From assembly GCA_037440465.1 (NCBI GenBank), contig JBBIUB010000001.1:64001-128000 (forward strand): 64,000 nucleotides of DNA. Direction: 5' to 3'. This document shows, one piece after another, positions 10,071 through 19,863 of the stretch. The stretch is from Coprothermobacterota bacterium. GTDB taxonomy: Bacteria; Coprothermobacterota; HKB111. Position 1 is the first letter of the stretch, and every line of letters starts with the position of its first letter. The notes below the pieces were generated by a model. It saw only the letters and a program-made list of their open reading frames with translations, was not told the origin of the DNA and did not search any database. Position numbers and translations under genes: made by a program.

Positions 10071-10730
10071 ATGACAGTTAGCGAAAACAGAAAAAACCTG
10101 ATCTGGATATATAATCAACTTTACCAATTCTTTGGTCCCCAGCACTGGTGGCCAGCAAGAACTCCTTTTGAAGTAATGATAGGTGCGATACTAACTCAGA
10201 ACACTTCCTGGTTAAATGTTGAGAAGGCAATAAATAACCTTAAAAGGGATAACTTATTGGAGATAGAAAAGATAAAACATCTAAATACTGACAAACTGGC
10301 TTCAATAATCAAACCTGCTGGTTATTATAATATTAAAGCCAGAAGAATTAAAAACCTTGTAAAATTATTATGTTCAATATACTCAAGTGATTTTGATAAG
10401 ATGTCTGACCTAGACCTTTCAAAACTAAGGACAGAACTCCTTTCTATAAATGGGATAGGACCCGAAACGGCAGACTCAATACTTCTTTATGCTCTTAATA
10501 AACCTGTATTTGTGATTGATGCTTACACCAGAAGGGTATTAGCCCGACACAATATTTTAGATGAAGAAGCTACTTATGAATGTTTTCAAATCTATTTCAT
10601 GAACAACCTTCCTCATGACATAAGGCTCTTTAAAGAATTTCATGCCTTACTGGTTCAACTTGGAAAAAACATCTGCAGGAAGGTTCCTGCTTGTGATGTC
10701 TGTCCACTTAAAACCCTGAAAAACATATGA
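10071..10730 (+). CDS. HhH-GPD DNA glycosylase, endonuclease III-related
   Basis: WWP..FEVMIGAILTQNT, LLSINGIGPETAD HhH, VIDAYT, C-terminal Cys cluster. Confidence 0.9.
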   Translation: MTVSENRKNLIWIYNQLYQFFGPQHWWPARTPFEVMIGAILTQNTSWLNVEKAINNLKRDNLLEIEKIKHLNTDKLASIIKPAGYYNIKARRIKNLVKLLCSIYSSDFDKMSDLDLSKLRTELLSINGIGPETADSILLYALNKPVFVIDAYTRRVLARHNILDEEATYECFQIYFMNNLPHDIRLFKEFHALLVQLGKNICRKVPACDVCPLKTLKNI

Positions 10731-10763
10731 TAGTGGTAAAATTCTAACTGGTAGGGATAGTCA

Positions 10764-11351
10764 ATGATCCATAATATGAAGAAAAACAGTAATAAGAAAA
10801 TAAATAACCTGTCGGTTTTTGATAAAAACTTTAAAGAAATACTAACTTCACAACTGGTTTCTATATCAGGTGGACTCATAGCAGGAATCGTTCTCGCTGT
10901 ATACACTGATAAGATTTTCCTTATACCAGGAATGCTTATTCTACTTCCAGGATTTCTGGAAATGCGTGGAAATATTAGTGGCTCTCTTGCCTCAAGAATA
11001 AGCTCCGGTTTATTCTTAGGGGTGATTAAAACAGACAAGATCAATACCCCACTGATTAGAGGTAATATCCTAGCTTCCTTCCTGCTGGCTGTACTGGTAT
11101 CCTTTGCTCTCGGTACTGTAACTTTTCTGTTAAATTTTTTGGCCTTTCGAATATTCACTCCGGAAATCATAATCATAGCTATTATTGCTGGATGTCTCGC
11201 TAATCTTGTGGAAATCCCTCTTACCCTTTTAACCACTCTCTACATCTTCAAGAAAGGGTACGATCCTAATAACATAATGGGTCCTTTTGTAACATCTACA
11301 GGAGATATAATCAGCATACTATCTCTCCTGATTGCGTTGGTGATAGTATGA
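10764..11351 (+). CDS. MgtE/SLC41 integral-membrane domain protein
   Basis: PGFLEMRGN (PX6GN) and DPNN..GPFVTSTGD (P(D/A)X4PX6D-like) motifs. Confidence 0.8.
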   Translation: MIHNMKKNSNKKINNLSVFDKNFKEILTSQLVSISGGLIAGIVLAVYTDKIFLIPGMLILLPGFLEMRGNISGSLASRISSGLFLGVIKTDKINTPLIRGNILASFLLAVLVSFALGTVTFLLNFLAFRIFTPEIIIIAIIAGCLANLVEIPLTLLTTLYIFKKGYDPNNIMGPFVTSTGDIISILSLLIALVIV

Positions 11352-12043
11352 AAAAGGTTACTGAACACCTTGAAAAGCTGAAAGGAACACCAAGGAAAAA
11401 ACATCATTCTCTAATAGATGAGATTCATACTGAACATAGGATTTCCAAGAAGACCCTCTTTTATATAAAAGAATATGGACCAAAATCCAATGTTCCCAGA
11501 ACCATCATCAGGGAAAGCGTCCTTATACTTCTACTGGCTTCGGCGGTTAGTTCTCTGGGAGGCTTCGCACTGGAAAGAATAAAAGTCACTTTTATCTCCC
11601 TCATGCCTTTAGTAGTCTTGTTACCTGCCTTAAATGACATGATAGGAGATTACGGAGTAATAGTATCTTCCAGGGTTTCTACTATGCTACACCAGGGTAA
11701 AATGAGGAAAAACTGGTGGTTGGATAAAGAGTTAAGGAAATTATTTCTTCAGATTTTGATTATTGCACTAATTACTACTGTTTTAAGTGTTCTTGTGGCC
11801 TTTTTTGCTTCCAAGTTTTCAGGTTATTCCACCAGCATATACACTACACTTAAGATTTTCTTTATAGCAATCCTTGATGTCTTGATAATTGTAAACATTT
11901 TATTTTTCACAAGTCTTAAAGCTGGATGGTATTTATATAAAAAGGAAGAGGATCCTAATAACTTTCTTATTCCTATTACCACCTCTATAGCAGATTTTGG
12001 TAATATGGTTCTTTTATGGGTTCTGGTAAGACTGCTTTTTTAA
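11348..12043 (+). CDS. MgtE/SLC41 integral-membrane domain protein, second half, His-rich N-terminus
   Basis: PALNDMIGD and DPNNFLIPITTSIAD; ATGA-type overlap with the upstream gene. Confidence 0.75.
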   Translation: MKKVTEHLEKLKGTPRKKHHSLIDEIHTEHRISKKTLFYIKEYGPKSNVPRTIIRESVLILLLASAVSSLGGFALERIKVTFISLMPLVVLLPALNDMIGDYGVIVSSRVSTMLHQGKMRKNWWLDKELRKLFLQILIIALITTVLSVLVAFFASKFSGYSTSIYTTLKIFFIAILDVLIIVNILFFTSLKAGWYLYKKEEDPNNFLIPITTSIADFGNMVLLWVLVRLLF

Positions 12044-12077
12044 AAAAGAAGGCCCACTAACCTGTGCTTCAGAAAGC

Positions 12078-13361
12078 CTACCTTTTTATGAACTGGTCTC
12101 TTTCTGGTCCTACAGACACTGCTTTAATGGGTATATTTATAAGATTTTCTAAGTAATTTACATACTCCTTAGCTTCAAAAGGTAGGTCTTTAAAAGAGCG
12201 ACAACTCACCAAGTTTCCTTCCCAACCAGGTAAGGTATCGTAAACAGGCAATAATCTTAAGAATTCGGTTATTGAAGCAGGAGGATGCTCTATCACTTTA
12301 CCATCCAGGTTATAAGAGCTTGCTACCTTGATCTCTTTTAAACCACTTAAAACATCAAGCTTGGTTAGGATTATCTCCGTAGTCCCGCTTACAAAAGCAG
12401 TGTACCTTGCCAGAACACCATCAAACCACCCACATCTGCGAGGACGACCAGTAGTAGCCCCAAACTCCTTACCTTTCTGTCTTAGGTACTCTCCTGTTTC
12501 ATTAACCTGCTCGGTGGGCAAGGGACCACCACCTACACGACTGATATAGGTTTTATACACCCCTATTACTCTATTAATGGATTTTAATGGTAAGCCAGTG
12601 CCAACAAGAGCTCCTCCTGTCATTGTATGGGATGAGGTTACAAAGGGGTAAGTCCCAAAATCAAGATCCAAAAGAGCGCCCTGGGCACCTTCTAATAAAA
12701 TTTTCTTCCCGGAAGTGAGAGCTTCCTGCCAGAATGCAATTGAGTCAACAATGAGATCTTTTACTTCAGCAGTTTCCAATATCAAGTTAGATATAATATC
12801 ATCAGCATTCAATAATGGTTTATTCAAAACCTGCAACAATAGATTAACCTCTTTTACTCTGTTAATAATGACATCTGCTAACTCATCTGGTTTCTTAAGA
12901 AGAGCGATCACAACTCCATCTCTTCTTGCCTTATCTCCATAAGCAGGACCTATACCTCTTCTGGTAGTTCCAATTTTTTTAGTACGTATTTCTTCTTCAA
13001 TGTCTTCCAAAACAGGGTGATATGGTAAAACTAAATGCGCACGCTCACTTATATAAAGTTGTGGTTGAAAACCCATTTTCTTAAGATTATTTAACTCTTT
13101 TATGAGTTGTCCAAGGTCAATAACAACACCATTTCCTATCAAACCAACCACACCTTCATGAAGTAGGCCAGAAGGTAAGAGGTGAAAAATATATGTTTTG
13201 TCTTTTATTTTAACAGTGTGGCCAGCATTACTACCACCATTAAAACGAGCAACTATTTCATAATCTGCTGCAAGAAGGTCAATTATGCGACCCTTACCTT
13301 CATCTCCAAATTGCATACCTATTACTATATCAACCATTTTCTGATGCTCTTTTTCTTCCAT
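12078..13361 (-). CDS. purA: Adenylosuccinate synthetase
   Basis: QFGDEGKG, GGSNAGHT, EGAQG, GATTGRPRRCGW, TKLD. True start may be Met at 13337. Confidence 0.97.
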   Translation of the reverse strand: MEEKEHQKMVDIVIGMQFGDEGKGRIIDLLAADYEIVARFNGGSNAGHTVKIKDKTYIFHLLPSGLLHEGVVGLIGNGVVIDLGQLIKELNNLKKMGFQPQLYISERAHLVLPYHPVLEDIEEEIRTKKIGTTRRGIGPAYGDKARRDGVVIALLKKPDELADVIINRVKEVNLLLQVLNKPLLNADDIISNLILETAEVKDLIVDSIAFWQEALTSGKKILLEGAQGALLDLDFGTYPFVTSSHTMTGGALVGTGLPLKSINRVIGVYKTYISRVGGGPLPTEQVNETGEYLRQKGKEFGATTGRPRRCGWFDGVLARYTAFVSGTTEIILTKLDVLSGLKEIKVASSYNLDGKVIEHPPASITEFLRLLPVYDTLPGWEGNLVSCRSFKDLPFEAKEYVNYLENLINIPIKAVSVGPERDQFIKR

Positions 13362-13370
13362 GAATAATAA

Positions 13371-14669
13371 TTACTCCTGACACCGTGCGAAAATATCTTC
13401 TACATTGGATAAATAAATATCAGGTTTACCAAGTTCATCCAGCTCTTGCCCACTTATAATAGAGACAAGATCGGGGTTATGTTTAATAGCATCTTTTAAA
13501 TCAATTCCTTCATCCATAGCAGTATTAACCAAGCCCTGAACAATTTGATAAGCCTTACCTCTTCTAAGTCCTTTCTTTTGAAGAAGTACCAATAGCTCCT
13601 CTGAGTAAATATAACCATCAAGAAGTTTCAGGTTCTTCTCTATAAGGCTGGTATTTATCTCAAGGTTATTAACCACTTCAAAGAGAGTAAGATACATGTA
13701 ATCAAGTAAAATAAATATTTCAGGAATAACAAATCTTTCAACCGAAGAATGGCTAATATCACGTTCATACCAAAGACTAACGTTTTCAAGTACCGGAGTA
13801 ACTCTTGAGCGTATTAACCTGCTAATCCCGCATAATCGTTCGCACAAAATAGGATTTCTCTTGTGGGGCATAGCTGAAGAACCTTTTTGTCCTTTATAAA
13901 AAGGTTCGCTGGCTTCACCTACTTCAGTTTGTTGAAACAACCTAATCTGAAGAGCTATCCTCTCAATATTTGCAGTTGCCACAGCTGCTGTAGTTACAAG
14001 AAATGCTATCCTGTCCCGTGGAACTATCTGAGTTGATACAGGTTCAATTTCTAACCCTAATTCATCAAGAATTTCTTTTTCTAATGCAGGTGTTATGAAA
14101 GCATAATTTCCAACGGCTCCTGAAATTTTTCCAAAAGAAACTCCTTTAAGCGCATAAGATAGACGCTCCCTATCCCTCTTTAGGGAACTGAACCAACCTA
14201 GAATTCTCACTCCCAAGCTCAATGGCTCAGCATGCACACCATGAGTTCTGCCAATAGCCAATTGCTTTTTATACTGAGTTGCCTTACTTCTTAATGCACC
14301 AGAAGCCTTATTAAGACTATCCAGAAGAAGCTCACCTGCCTGCTTGAATAACAAGCCAAGTGCTGAATCTTCTATATCGTAGGAAGTAAGACCAAGATGT
14401 AAGTACTGTGATAAGTCTCCTATTTGTTCTTCAACACTTTGAACAAAGGCTAATAGGTCATGTCGTGAAGATTTTTCCAGCTCTTTGATTCGGTCAGTGT
14501 TGATGCTTGACAGGTTCCTTATTTTTTCAAAAACTCCTGTAGGAATCAGTTGGTGTCTTTCTCTAACCTTTAAGACAGCTAATTCTACCTCAAGCCAGCG
14601 ATTTAACTTTGACTCTTCGGTAAATAAATCAAGCATCTCTTTTCTACTGTATCTTTTTAAAGCGTTCAT
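13371..14669 (-). CDS. purB: Adenylosuccinate lyase
   Basis: GRTHGVHAEP and GSSAMPHKRNP signature. Confidence 0.97.
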   Translation of the reverse strand: MNALKRYSRKEMLDLFTEESKLNRWLEVELAVLKVRERHQLIPTGVFEKIRNLSSINTDRIKELEKSSRHDLLAFVQSVEEQIGDLSQYLHLGLTSYDIEDSALGLLFKQAGELLLDSLNKASGALRSKATQYKKQLAIGRTHGVHAEPLSLGVRILGWFSSLKRDRERLSYALKGVSFGKISGAVGNYAFITPALEKEILDELGLEIEPVSTQIVPRDRIAFLVTTAAVATANIERIALQIRLFQQTEVGEASEPFYKGQKGSSAMPHKRNPILCERLCGISRLIRSRVTPVLENVSLWYERDISHSSVERFVIPEIFILLDYMYLTLFEVVNNLEINTSLIEKNLKLLDGYIYSEELLVLLQKKGLRRGKAYQIVQGLVNTAMDEGIDLKDAIKHNPDLVSIISGQELDELGKPDIYLSNVEDIFARCQE

Positions 14670-14849
14670 GTATTATCCTCCGCTTATTATTCTACCAGAT
14701 AAAGTAATTTCCCCTGAATTCTTCAACCAAATAAGGCATTTGCTAAATAACTATAACTATAAGAGAGGTTAGCAAAGTTAATAAGATTATAACTATATAT
14801 GAATTATGCACTCTTTCTTGCTAATGAAAAGAAGTAATCTTCAATCAAT

Positions 14850-15087
14850 TTATCAATTCTTCTTTGGTAATAGAGGAAGTGTCTTTTCCAGGTTCAGGGT
14901 AGTAACTATATTTCTGGCAATAAGCTTCACTTCTCGTTTGCTCAATTGGTATTTTCCAGGCATAATCAGGAGTAAGAAAATATCCACAACAGAACCAACC
15001 AGAACAATAAAGTTAAAAAAGAGCCACCGTAAAAGTAATTAAAGCCACAGTATAGAGATAGACTTTTGGAACGGTCCAGTTACTCAA
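14850..15087 (-). pseudogene. Probable frameshifted small membrane-protein gene remnant
   Basis: GGAGG RBS then TTG: MSNWTVPKVYLYTVALITFTVALF*. Removing one T from a T6 run continues the hydrophobic helix (NFIVLVGSVVDIF); further frame disruption follows. Confidence 0.4.
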
Positions 15088-15174
15088 TTGTATCCTCCAA
15101 AATATTTCTATTTTTTGTTCTTTATTATTACTAAAAGAATGGTAATATTAACAATTGAAAGGAGAAAGCTCAAA

Positions 15175-15972
15175 ATGCTGGAAATATCTTCAGAGAGTAT
15201 TGATATCTTAAGATTTGTTAAAGACTATCATTTTTCTAAAATAACCCTGGATATAGAAACCCTTGACACAAGCAAACCAGCTATGTGGGATGAACCTATG
15301 GTTTCCTTTGCCATCTCTTTCATTCCGGATAATCTTATTCCTTTAGTAGTAGATATGCCTACTTTTGCATGGTGCATAGAAGATACTGAAGAAGAGGGGA
15401 AACTTTTATTAAGGTTAAAAGAAATATTTAATTATCTTAAAATAAGCACTCTCATAATCGGTCATAATGTAGCTTATGAACTTCAATGTAAGAAGTTAGA
15501 AGAATGGAATAATAAAACAGGATATGATATCCCTAAGATTATAAAAAGAGGAAAGGTTTGGGGACTTGACTTTAATTTTATAAAAGAATTCCCAACATAT
15601 GATACTATTGATGTAGCTTATTTCAAACTTAATCATATAGAACATGGAATATTTGGGAATTATGGTCTAAAAAAAATATTGAAAAGTGAAGAATTAGAAT
15701 CGTTTTTTAAAATTAAACGACCTTCAGGCTTACCAAAATTAGGGCCTGCTGTTAGTGAATACTTTAAAGATGGAAGATACAAGGAGATAATTCTATATAA
15801 CTGCTCTGATGTCATTGTCCAATCCCTTTTTTATCGTTTTATGGAACATAAATTAACTGTTTGTCCGGAAAAAAATGGATTGATTTCAATTAAAAAAAAC
15901 TGTGAACATATTCCCATTATTATTAAATTAGATGAAATTGAGACCTGGAAAAGTCTTATTAAGGAGGTTTAA
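15175..15972 (+). CDS. DEDD/DnaQ-like (RNase H-like) 3'-5' exonuclease domain protein
   Basis: ExoI LDIET, ExoII GHN...YDIP, ExoIII YNCSD. Start set at ATG 15175 after AAAGGAG. Confidence 0.7.
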   Translation: MLEISSESIDILRFVKDYHFSKITLDIETLDTSKPAMWDEPMVSFAISFIPDNLIPLVVDMPTFAWCIEDTEEEGKLLLRLKEIFNYLKISTLIIGHNVAYELQCKKLEEWNNKTGYDIPKIIKRGKVWGLDFNFIKEFPTYDTIDVAYFKLNHIEHGIFGNYGLKKILKSEELESFFKIKRPSGLPKLGPAVSEYFKDGRYKEIILYNCSDVIVQSLFYRFMEHKLTVCPEKNGLISIKKNCEHIPIIIKLDEIETWKSLIKEV

Positions 15973-16716
15973 ATGAAGGCTATTATTGCTCTAAAACCTG
16001 AGGATAGTAAAAGACTTATCGCCAGAGGAGTGGTTTCTCTTCCTGAAGTTCATCAGGCTTTGGAAAAAGGTATTATCCACATTGCCCGTGGTACAACCTG
16101 TGCTTACGTCTTTGAAGAACTTACAGGAAGAAAAATTGATATTAATAAATATGTTGCAGGTTATATCGGAAATGGTGGACTAAGAGTTCTGCCAGCAAAT
16201 GAGAGGTTAAAACCTTTTACCTTGAAAAAGGGGGAAGTACTGGAGATTGAACCAAACGAAGTGCTATCTGAGATGGGTTATGGTGATGTTTTTATTAAAG
16301 GAGGTAATGCTCTTGACTTTGAAGGAAGAGTTGGTGTTTTGTGTGCGAACAGAGAAGGTGGAACTATTGGAGGAGCAATAGGTACAATAACCGCTCGGGG
16401 TATCCACCTTATTATGCCTATAAGCCTTAGAAAGCTGGTTCCCAACATACCTAAGGGTGCAAATCTTGGTGGTATTGATGAGTGTGACTACACTATGGGA
16501 GAAAAAGTAGCCTTATTCCCTGTTATCAATGGCAAAGTAATAACAGAGATTGATGCCTTCAAGCATCTATTTGACGTAGAAGCTACTCTTATAGCACAGG
16601 GTGGTCTGGGAGATATGGAAGGAGCTTTAATATTTGGATTAGTTGGAGAAAAAAATCAAGTCAACAGAGTCATTGAAAACCTTTGTCTTCCAAAAATCTA
16701 TCATGGACAAACTTAA
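15973..16716 (+). CDS. Conserved hypothetical protein of anaerobes (possible CoA-transferase/RpiA-like fold)
   Basis: SKRLIA, ARGTT, FIKGGNALD, GGTIG; good RBS (AAGGAGG), coupled to the upstream stop. Confidence 0.6.
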   Translation: MKAIIALKPEDSKRLIARGVVSLPEVHQALEKGIIHIARGTTCAYVFEELTGRKIDINKYVAGYIGNGGLRVLPANERLKPFTLKKGEVLEIEPNEVLSEMGYGDVFIKGGNALDFEGRVGVLCANREGGTIGGAIGTITARGIHLIMPISLRKLVPNIPKGANLGGIDECDYTMGEKVALFPVINGKVITEIDAFKHLFDVEATLIAQGGLGDMEGALIFGLVGEKNQVNRVIENLCLPKIYHGQT

Positions 16717-17479
16717 TCTTTCTGAAAAAGTAGTTGTTATAACGGGTGTTTCTTCAGGTCTTGGGAAAGAACTATTGCGTGTTTTTCTTGAGAACAAGAC
16801 TAAAGTAGCAGGTATTGTAAGGAGAGAAGAAAGCTTAGCTATCCTATCAGAAGAATCCAGAGGGTACAAGATAAAACCTCTATTACTTCATGGTGACATT
16901 AGCAATCCTGGGAAGATTAAAAATATGGTTGAGAAAGTGGTAGATTACTTTGGAGGTATTAATATCCTTATCAATAACTCAGCAATTAATTTTCCGAGTC
17001 CGGCTATGAAATATACTATCCATGAATGGAAAGAGACATTGAATGTAAATCTCACTGCACCATTCTTACTTGCTCGCGAGTCATATGAATATATGAAAAA
17101 AAGAGGTGGTGGTTTAATTATTAATATTACCTCTGTAGAAGGAATTCTTCCTACAAATAATCCCCCTTCTATCGCTTATAGTGTTTCCAAAGCTGGATTA
17201 ATTCAACTTACTAGAGCTCTAGCAATAGAGTGGGGAAAAGATAATATAAGAGTTATTGCTGTAGCGCCAGGACCTTTCCCTTCTTTGATGACAGAAGAAT
17301 TTTTCAATGATGAACAATTTTCTCAACTAAAGGAAAATTGGCTTAAGAAAATACCTTTAGGAAGGACAACTACTACCTATGAGATAGCACAGTCTATTGT
17401 AGCCTTAGCCACTCCTGCCTTCAGTTATGCCACAGGAACAGTTTTCGTTCTTGATGGTGGATTAACGGCAGGATTGTAA
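16703..17479 (+). CDS. Short-chain dehydrogenase/reductase (FabG/KduD-like)
   Basis: TGxSSGLG, NNSA, YSVSK catalytic motif, LDGG; start set at ATG 16703. Confidence 0.92.
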   Translation: MDKLNLSEKVVVITGVSSGLGKELLRVFLENKTKVAGIVRREESLAILSEESRGYKIKPLLLHGDISNPGKIKNMVEKVVDYFGGINILINNSAINFPSPAMKYTIHEWKETLNVNLTAPFLLARESYEYMKKRGGGLIINITSVEGILPTNNPPSIAYSVSKAGLIQLTRALAIEWGKDNIRVIAVAPGPFPSLMTEEFFNDEQFSQLKENWLKKIPLGRTTTTYEIAQSIVALATPAFSYATGTVFVLDGGLTAGL

Positions 17480-17482
17480 ATT

Positions 17483-18742
17483 CTATCTTTTTATCTTATC
17501 TATTCCCATATATTTTCTTAGCACTTCCGGAATGAGAATACTCCCATCAGATTGCTGGTAATTTTCCATTATAGCGATGAGGGTTCTTTCTATGGCAACA
17601 GCTGTACCATTCAAGGTATGAACAAACTCAACTTTATTCTTTCCTTCTCTGTATCTAATATTAAGTCTTCTGGCTTGAAAATCTGTGCAGTTAGAAGTAG
17701 AATGAGTCTCACGATATCTCCCCTGACCTGGCAACCAGACTTCAATATCATACTTTTTCGCTACAGGAAAACCTAAGTCACCAGTACACATTAATACTAC
17801 CCGATAAGGGATCTCCAAACTCTGCATAATCTTCTCTTCTAATGAGAGAAGAAATTCATGCTCATTTATAGACTCCTCCTTCTTACAAAAACTGAACATC
17901 TCAACTTTATCAAATTGATGAACTCGAAAAATACCCTTTACATCTTTTCCGTAAGAACCTGCCTCTCTCCTAAAACAGGTCGAAAATCCAGCATATCTCA
18001 AAGGAAGTGTATTTCCATCAAGAATCTCGTCTTTAAGCATTGGTCCTATAGTCTGTTCTGAAGTAGCTGCTAATCTTAGTTCGTCTGAAGGTACCTTATA
18101 CATCTCCTGATCCATTTGAGGTAGATAACCCATACCTATAAAGATATCCTCCTTGGCTAGAACAGGGGGTATAAGTGGAATAAAACCTTCGCTTACAAGA
18201 ATTTCCATAGCATACATTATTAGAGCAAACTGAAGGAGAACAGACTCTCTTTTAAGATAATAAAAACGAGAACCAGAGATCCTGGAGGCCCTCTTAAGAT
18301 CAATTAAATCCAGGCTTTCTCCAAGTTGAATATGGTCTTTGACTTGAAAACTAAAATCGAATAGTTCTCCCCATTTTCTAAGAACAATATTTCCATTTTC
18401 ATCTTTCCCTTCTGGCACATCATCTTGAGGTAAGTTAGGAAGCTCCATAAGAAGTTTATTAAGAATTTCATCAACTTCTTTTAAGTCAACCTCAATCTTT
18501 CTTACAGTGTCAGAAAGCTCTCTTGCCTTTAATATGCTTTTTTCTTTATCTTCTCCCTTTAGAGTAGCGATTTCCTGAGATACTTTCTTCAGATCAGCTC
18601 TTAAAATCTCCAGTTCTGCTACAATCTTTCTTCTATCTTTATCTTTATTAAGAATCATGTCTAAATCAATAAATAATTGCTTCTTCCTGATCCCTTCCTT
18701 TACTTTTCCTGCATTTTCTCTGATATATTTAAGGTCAAGCAT
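17483..18742 (-). CDS. serS: Serine--tRNA ligase
   Basis: MLDLKYIR, TSE, FRREAG, HQFDKVE, HTLNGT. Confidence 0.98.
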   Translation of the reverse strand: MLDLKYIRENAGKVKEGIRKKQLFIDLDMILNKDKDRRKIVAELEILRADLKKVSQEIATLKGEDKEKSILKARELSDTVRKIEVDLKEVDEILNKLLMELPNLPQDDVPEGKDENGNIVLRKWGELFDFSFQVKDHIQLGESLDLIDLKRASRISGSRFYYLKRESVLLQFALIMYAMEILVSEGFIPLIPPVLAKEDIFIGMGYLPQMDQEMYKVPSDELRLAATSEQTIGPMLKDEILDGNTLPLRYAGFSTCFRREAGSYGKDVKGIFRVHQFDKVEMFSFCKKEESINEHEFLLSLEEKIMQSLEIPYRVVLMCTGDLGFPVAKKYDIEVWLPGQGRYRETHSTSNCTDFQARRLNIRYREGKNKVEFVHTLNGTAVAIERTLIAIMENYQQSDGSILIPEVLRKYMGIDKIKR

Positions 18743-18967
18743 AAATCCTCCTTAATACTACACACTATTTTCATAATATCTACTTTTTATTTTATATCAT
18801 CTATAGAGATAATGTTCAGATTTGACCAAGATATGATTTATAAAAGAGTAACACTAATAATAATAATAGAGTTATAATTATTAATGTCTTGACTGTACTC
18901 AAGCAGAAATCTAAAAAAAAAGTGTTTAACTAAAGCTACCTAAAAAAGTATTAAGGAGGTAAATATT

Positions 18968-19840
18968 ATGATTTTGATTGGAGAGAACATCCATATCCTG
19001 TCAAAGGCTGTATCAGATGCCATAAAAGAAAAGAATACCAAGTATTTGCAGGATTTGGCTGTTAAACAGGCAGAAGCAGGTGTAGATTACATTGACTTAA
19101 ATATTGGGCCAGCTCGAAAAGATCCTGAAATAATGCTCTGGATTGTAGAATCTATTCAAGAGGTTGTAAACCTGCCATTATCCCTGGATACTACTAACCC
19201 TAAAGCCATGGAAGCAGGACTTTCAGTATGTAAAATTAAGCCATTGATTAACTCTGCTTCAGGTAAGGAAGAAAGTAAATTGGAAATGCTTCCTTTAGCC
19301 CAAAAGTACAACTGTGATGTTATAGTATCTGTATTGACAGATAGAGGAATACCCACTGATGCTACCTCCAGAGCTGAGGCTATTATGGAAACAGTAGCTT
19401 ATGCTAATGAGCTTGGTATTCCAAATGAAAACATCTGGGTAGACCCCATAATGATGCCTATCTCAGTAGACCAGCAGCAAGTAGTAGAACTAATAGAGTT
19501 CATGCAGATGTTACCTGAAATTGCACCTGGGATAAAATCTTCTATTGGTCTATCAAATCTATCTAATGGTACGCCACATCATTTAAGGGCAATCCTTAAT
19601 AGGATTGAGCTTATAATTCTTCAGAGATACGGTCTCTACTCTTCTATCGTGGACAGTTTTGACCATGAGCTGGTTGATTTAATGAAAGGTAGGTTACCTA
19701 AAATAGTTGACATTATCTACAAAACTATGGATGACGAAATAGACCTTTCCAGTCTCAGTATAAATGAATTAAATATAGCAAAAACAGTCAATGTTCTGAT
19801 GGGAAAGACTCTATATTCCCACTCCTGGCTGGAAATCTAA
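18968..19840 (+). CDS. acsE: Methyltetrahydrofolate:corrinoid Fe-S protein methyltransferase (pterin-binding TIM barrel)
   Basis: MILIGENI, DLNIG, SLDT, INS, DP, GLSNLS; adjacent to acsD. Confidence 0.85.
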   Translation: MILIGENIHILSKAVSDAIKEKNTKYLQDLAVKQAEAGVDYIDLNIGPARKDPEIMLWIVESIQEVVNLPLSLDTTNPKAMEAGLSVCKIKPLINSASGKEESKLEMLPLAQKYNCDVIVSVLTDRGIPTDATSRAEAIMETVAYANELGIPNENIWVDPIMMPISVDQQQVVELIEFMQMLPEIAPGIKSSIGLSNLSNGTPHHLRAILNRIELIILQRYGLYSSIVDSFDHELVDLMKGRLPKIVDIIYKTMDDEIDLSSLSINELNIAKTVNVLMGKTLYSHSWLEI

Positions 19841-19863
19841 TCGAAAGGTAGGTATTAAAAAAG

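Noticed and set aside
10655..11236. 193 aa minus-strand ORF
   Set aside because: Antisense shadow of the MgtE-domain gene, which carries the family motifs
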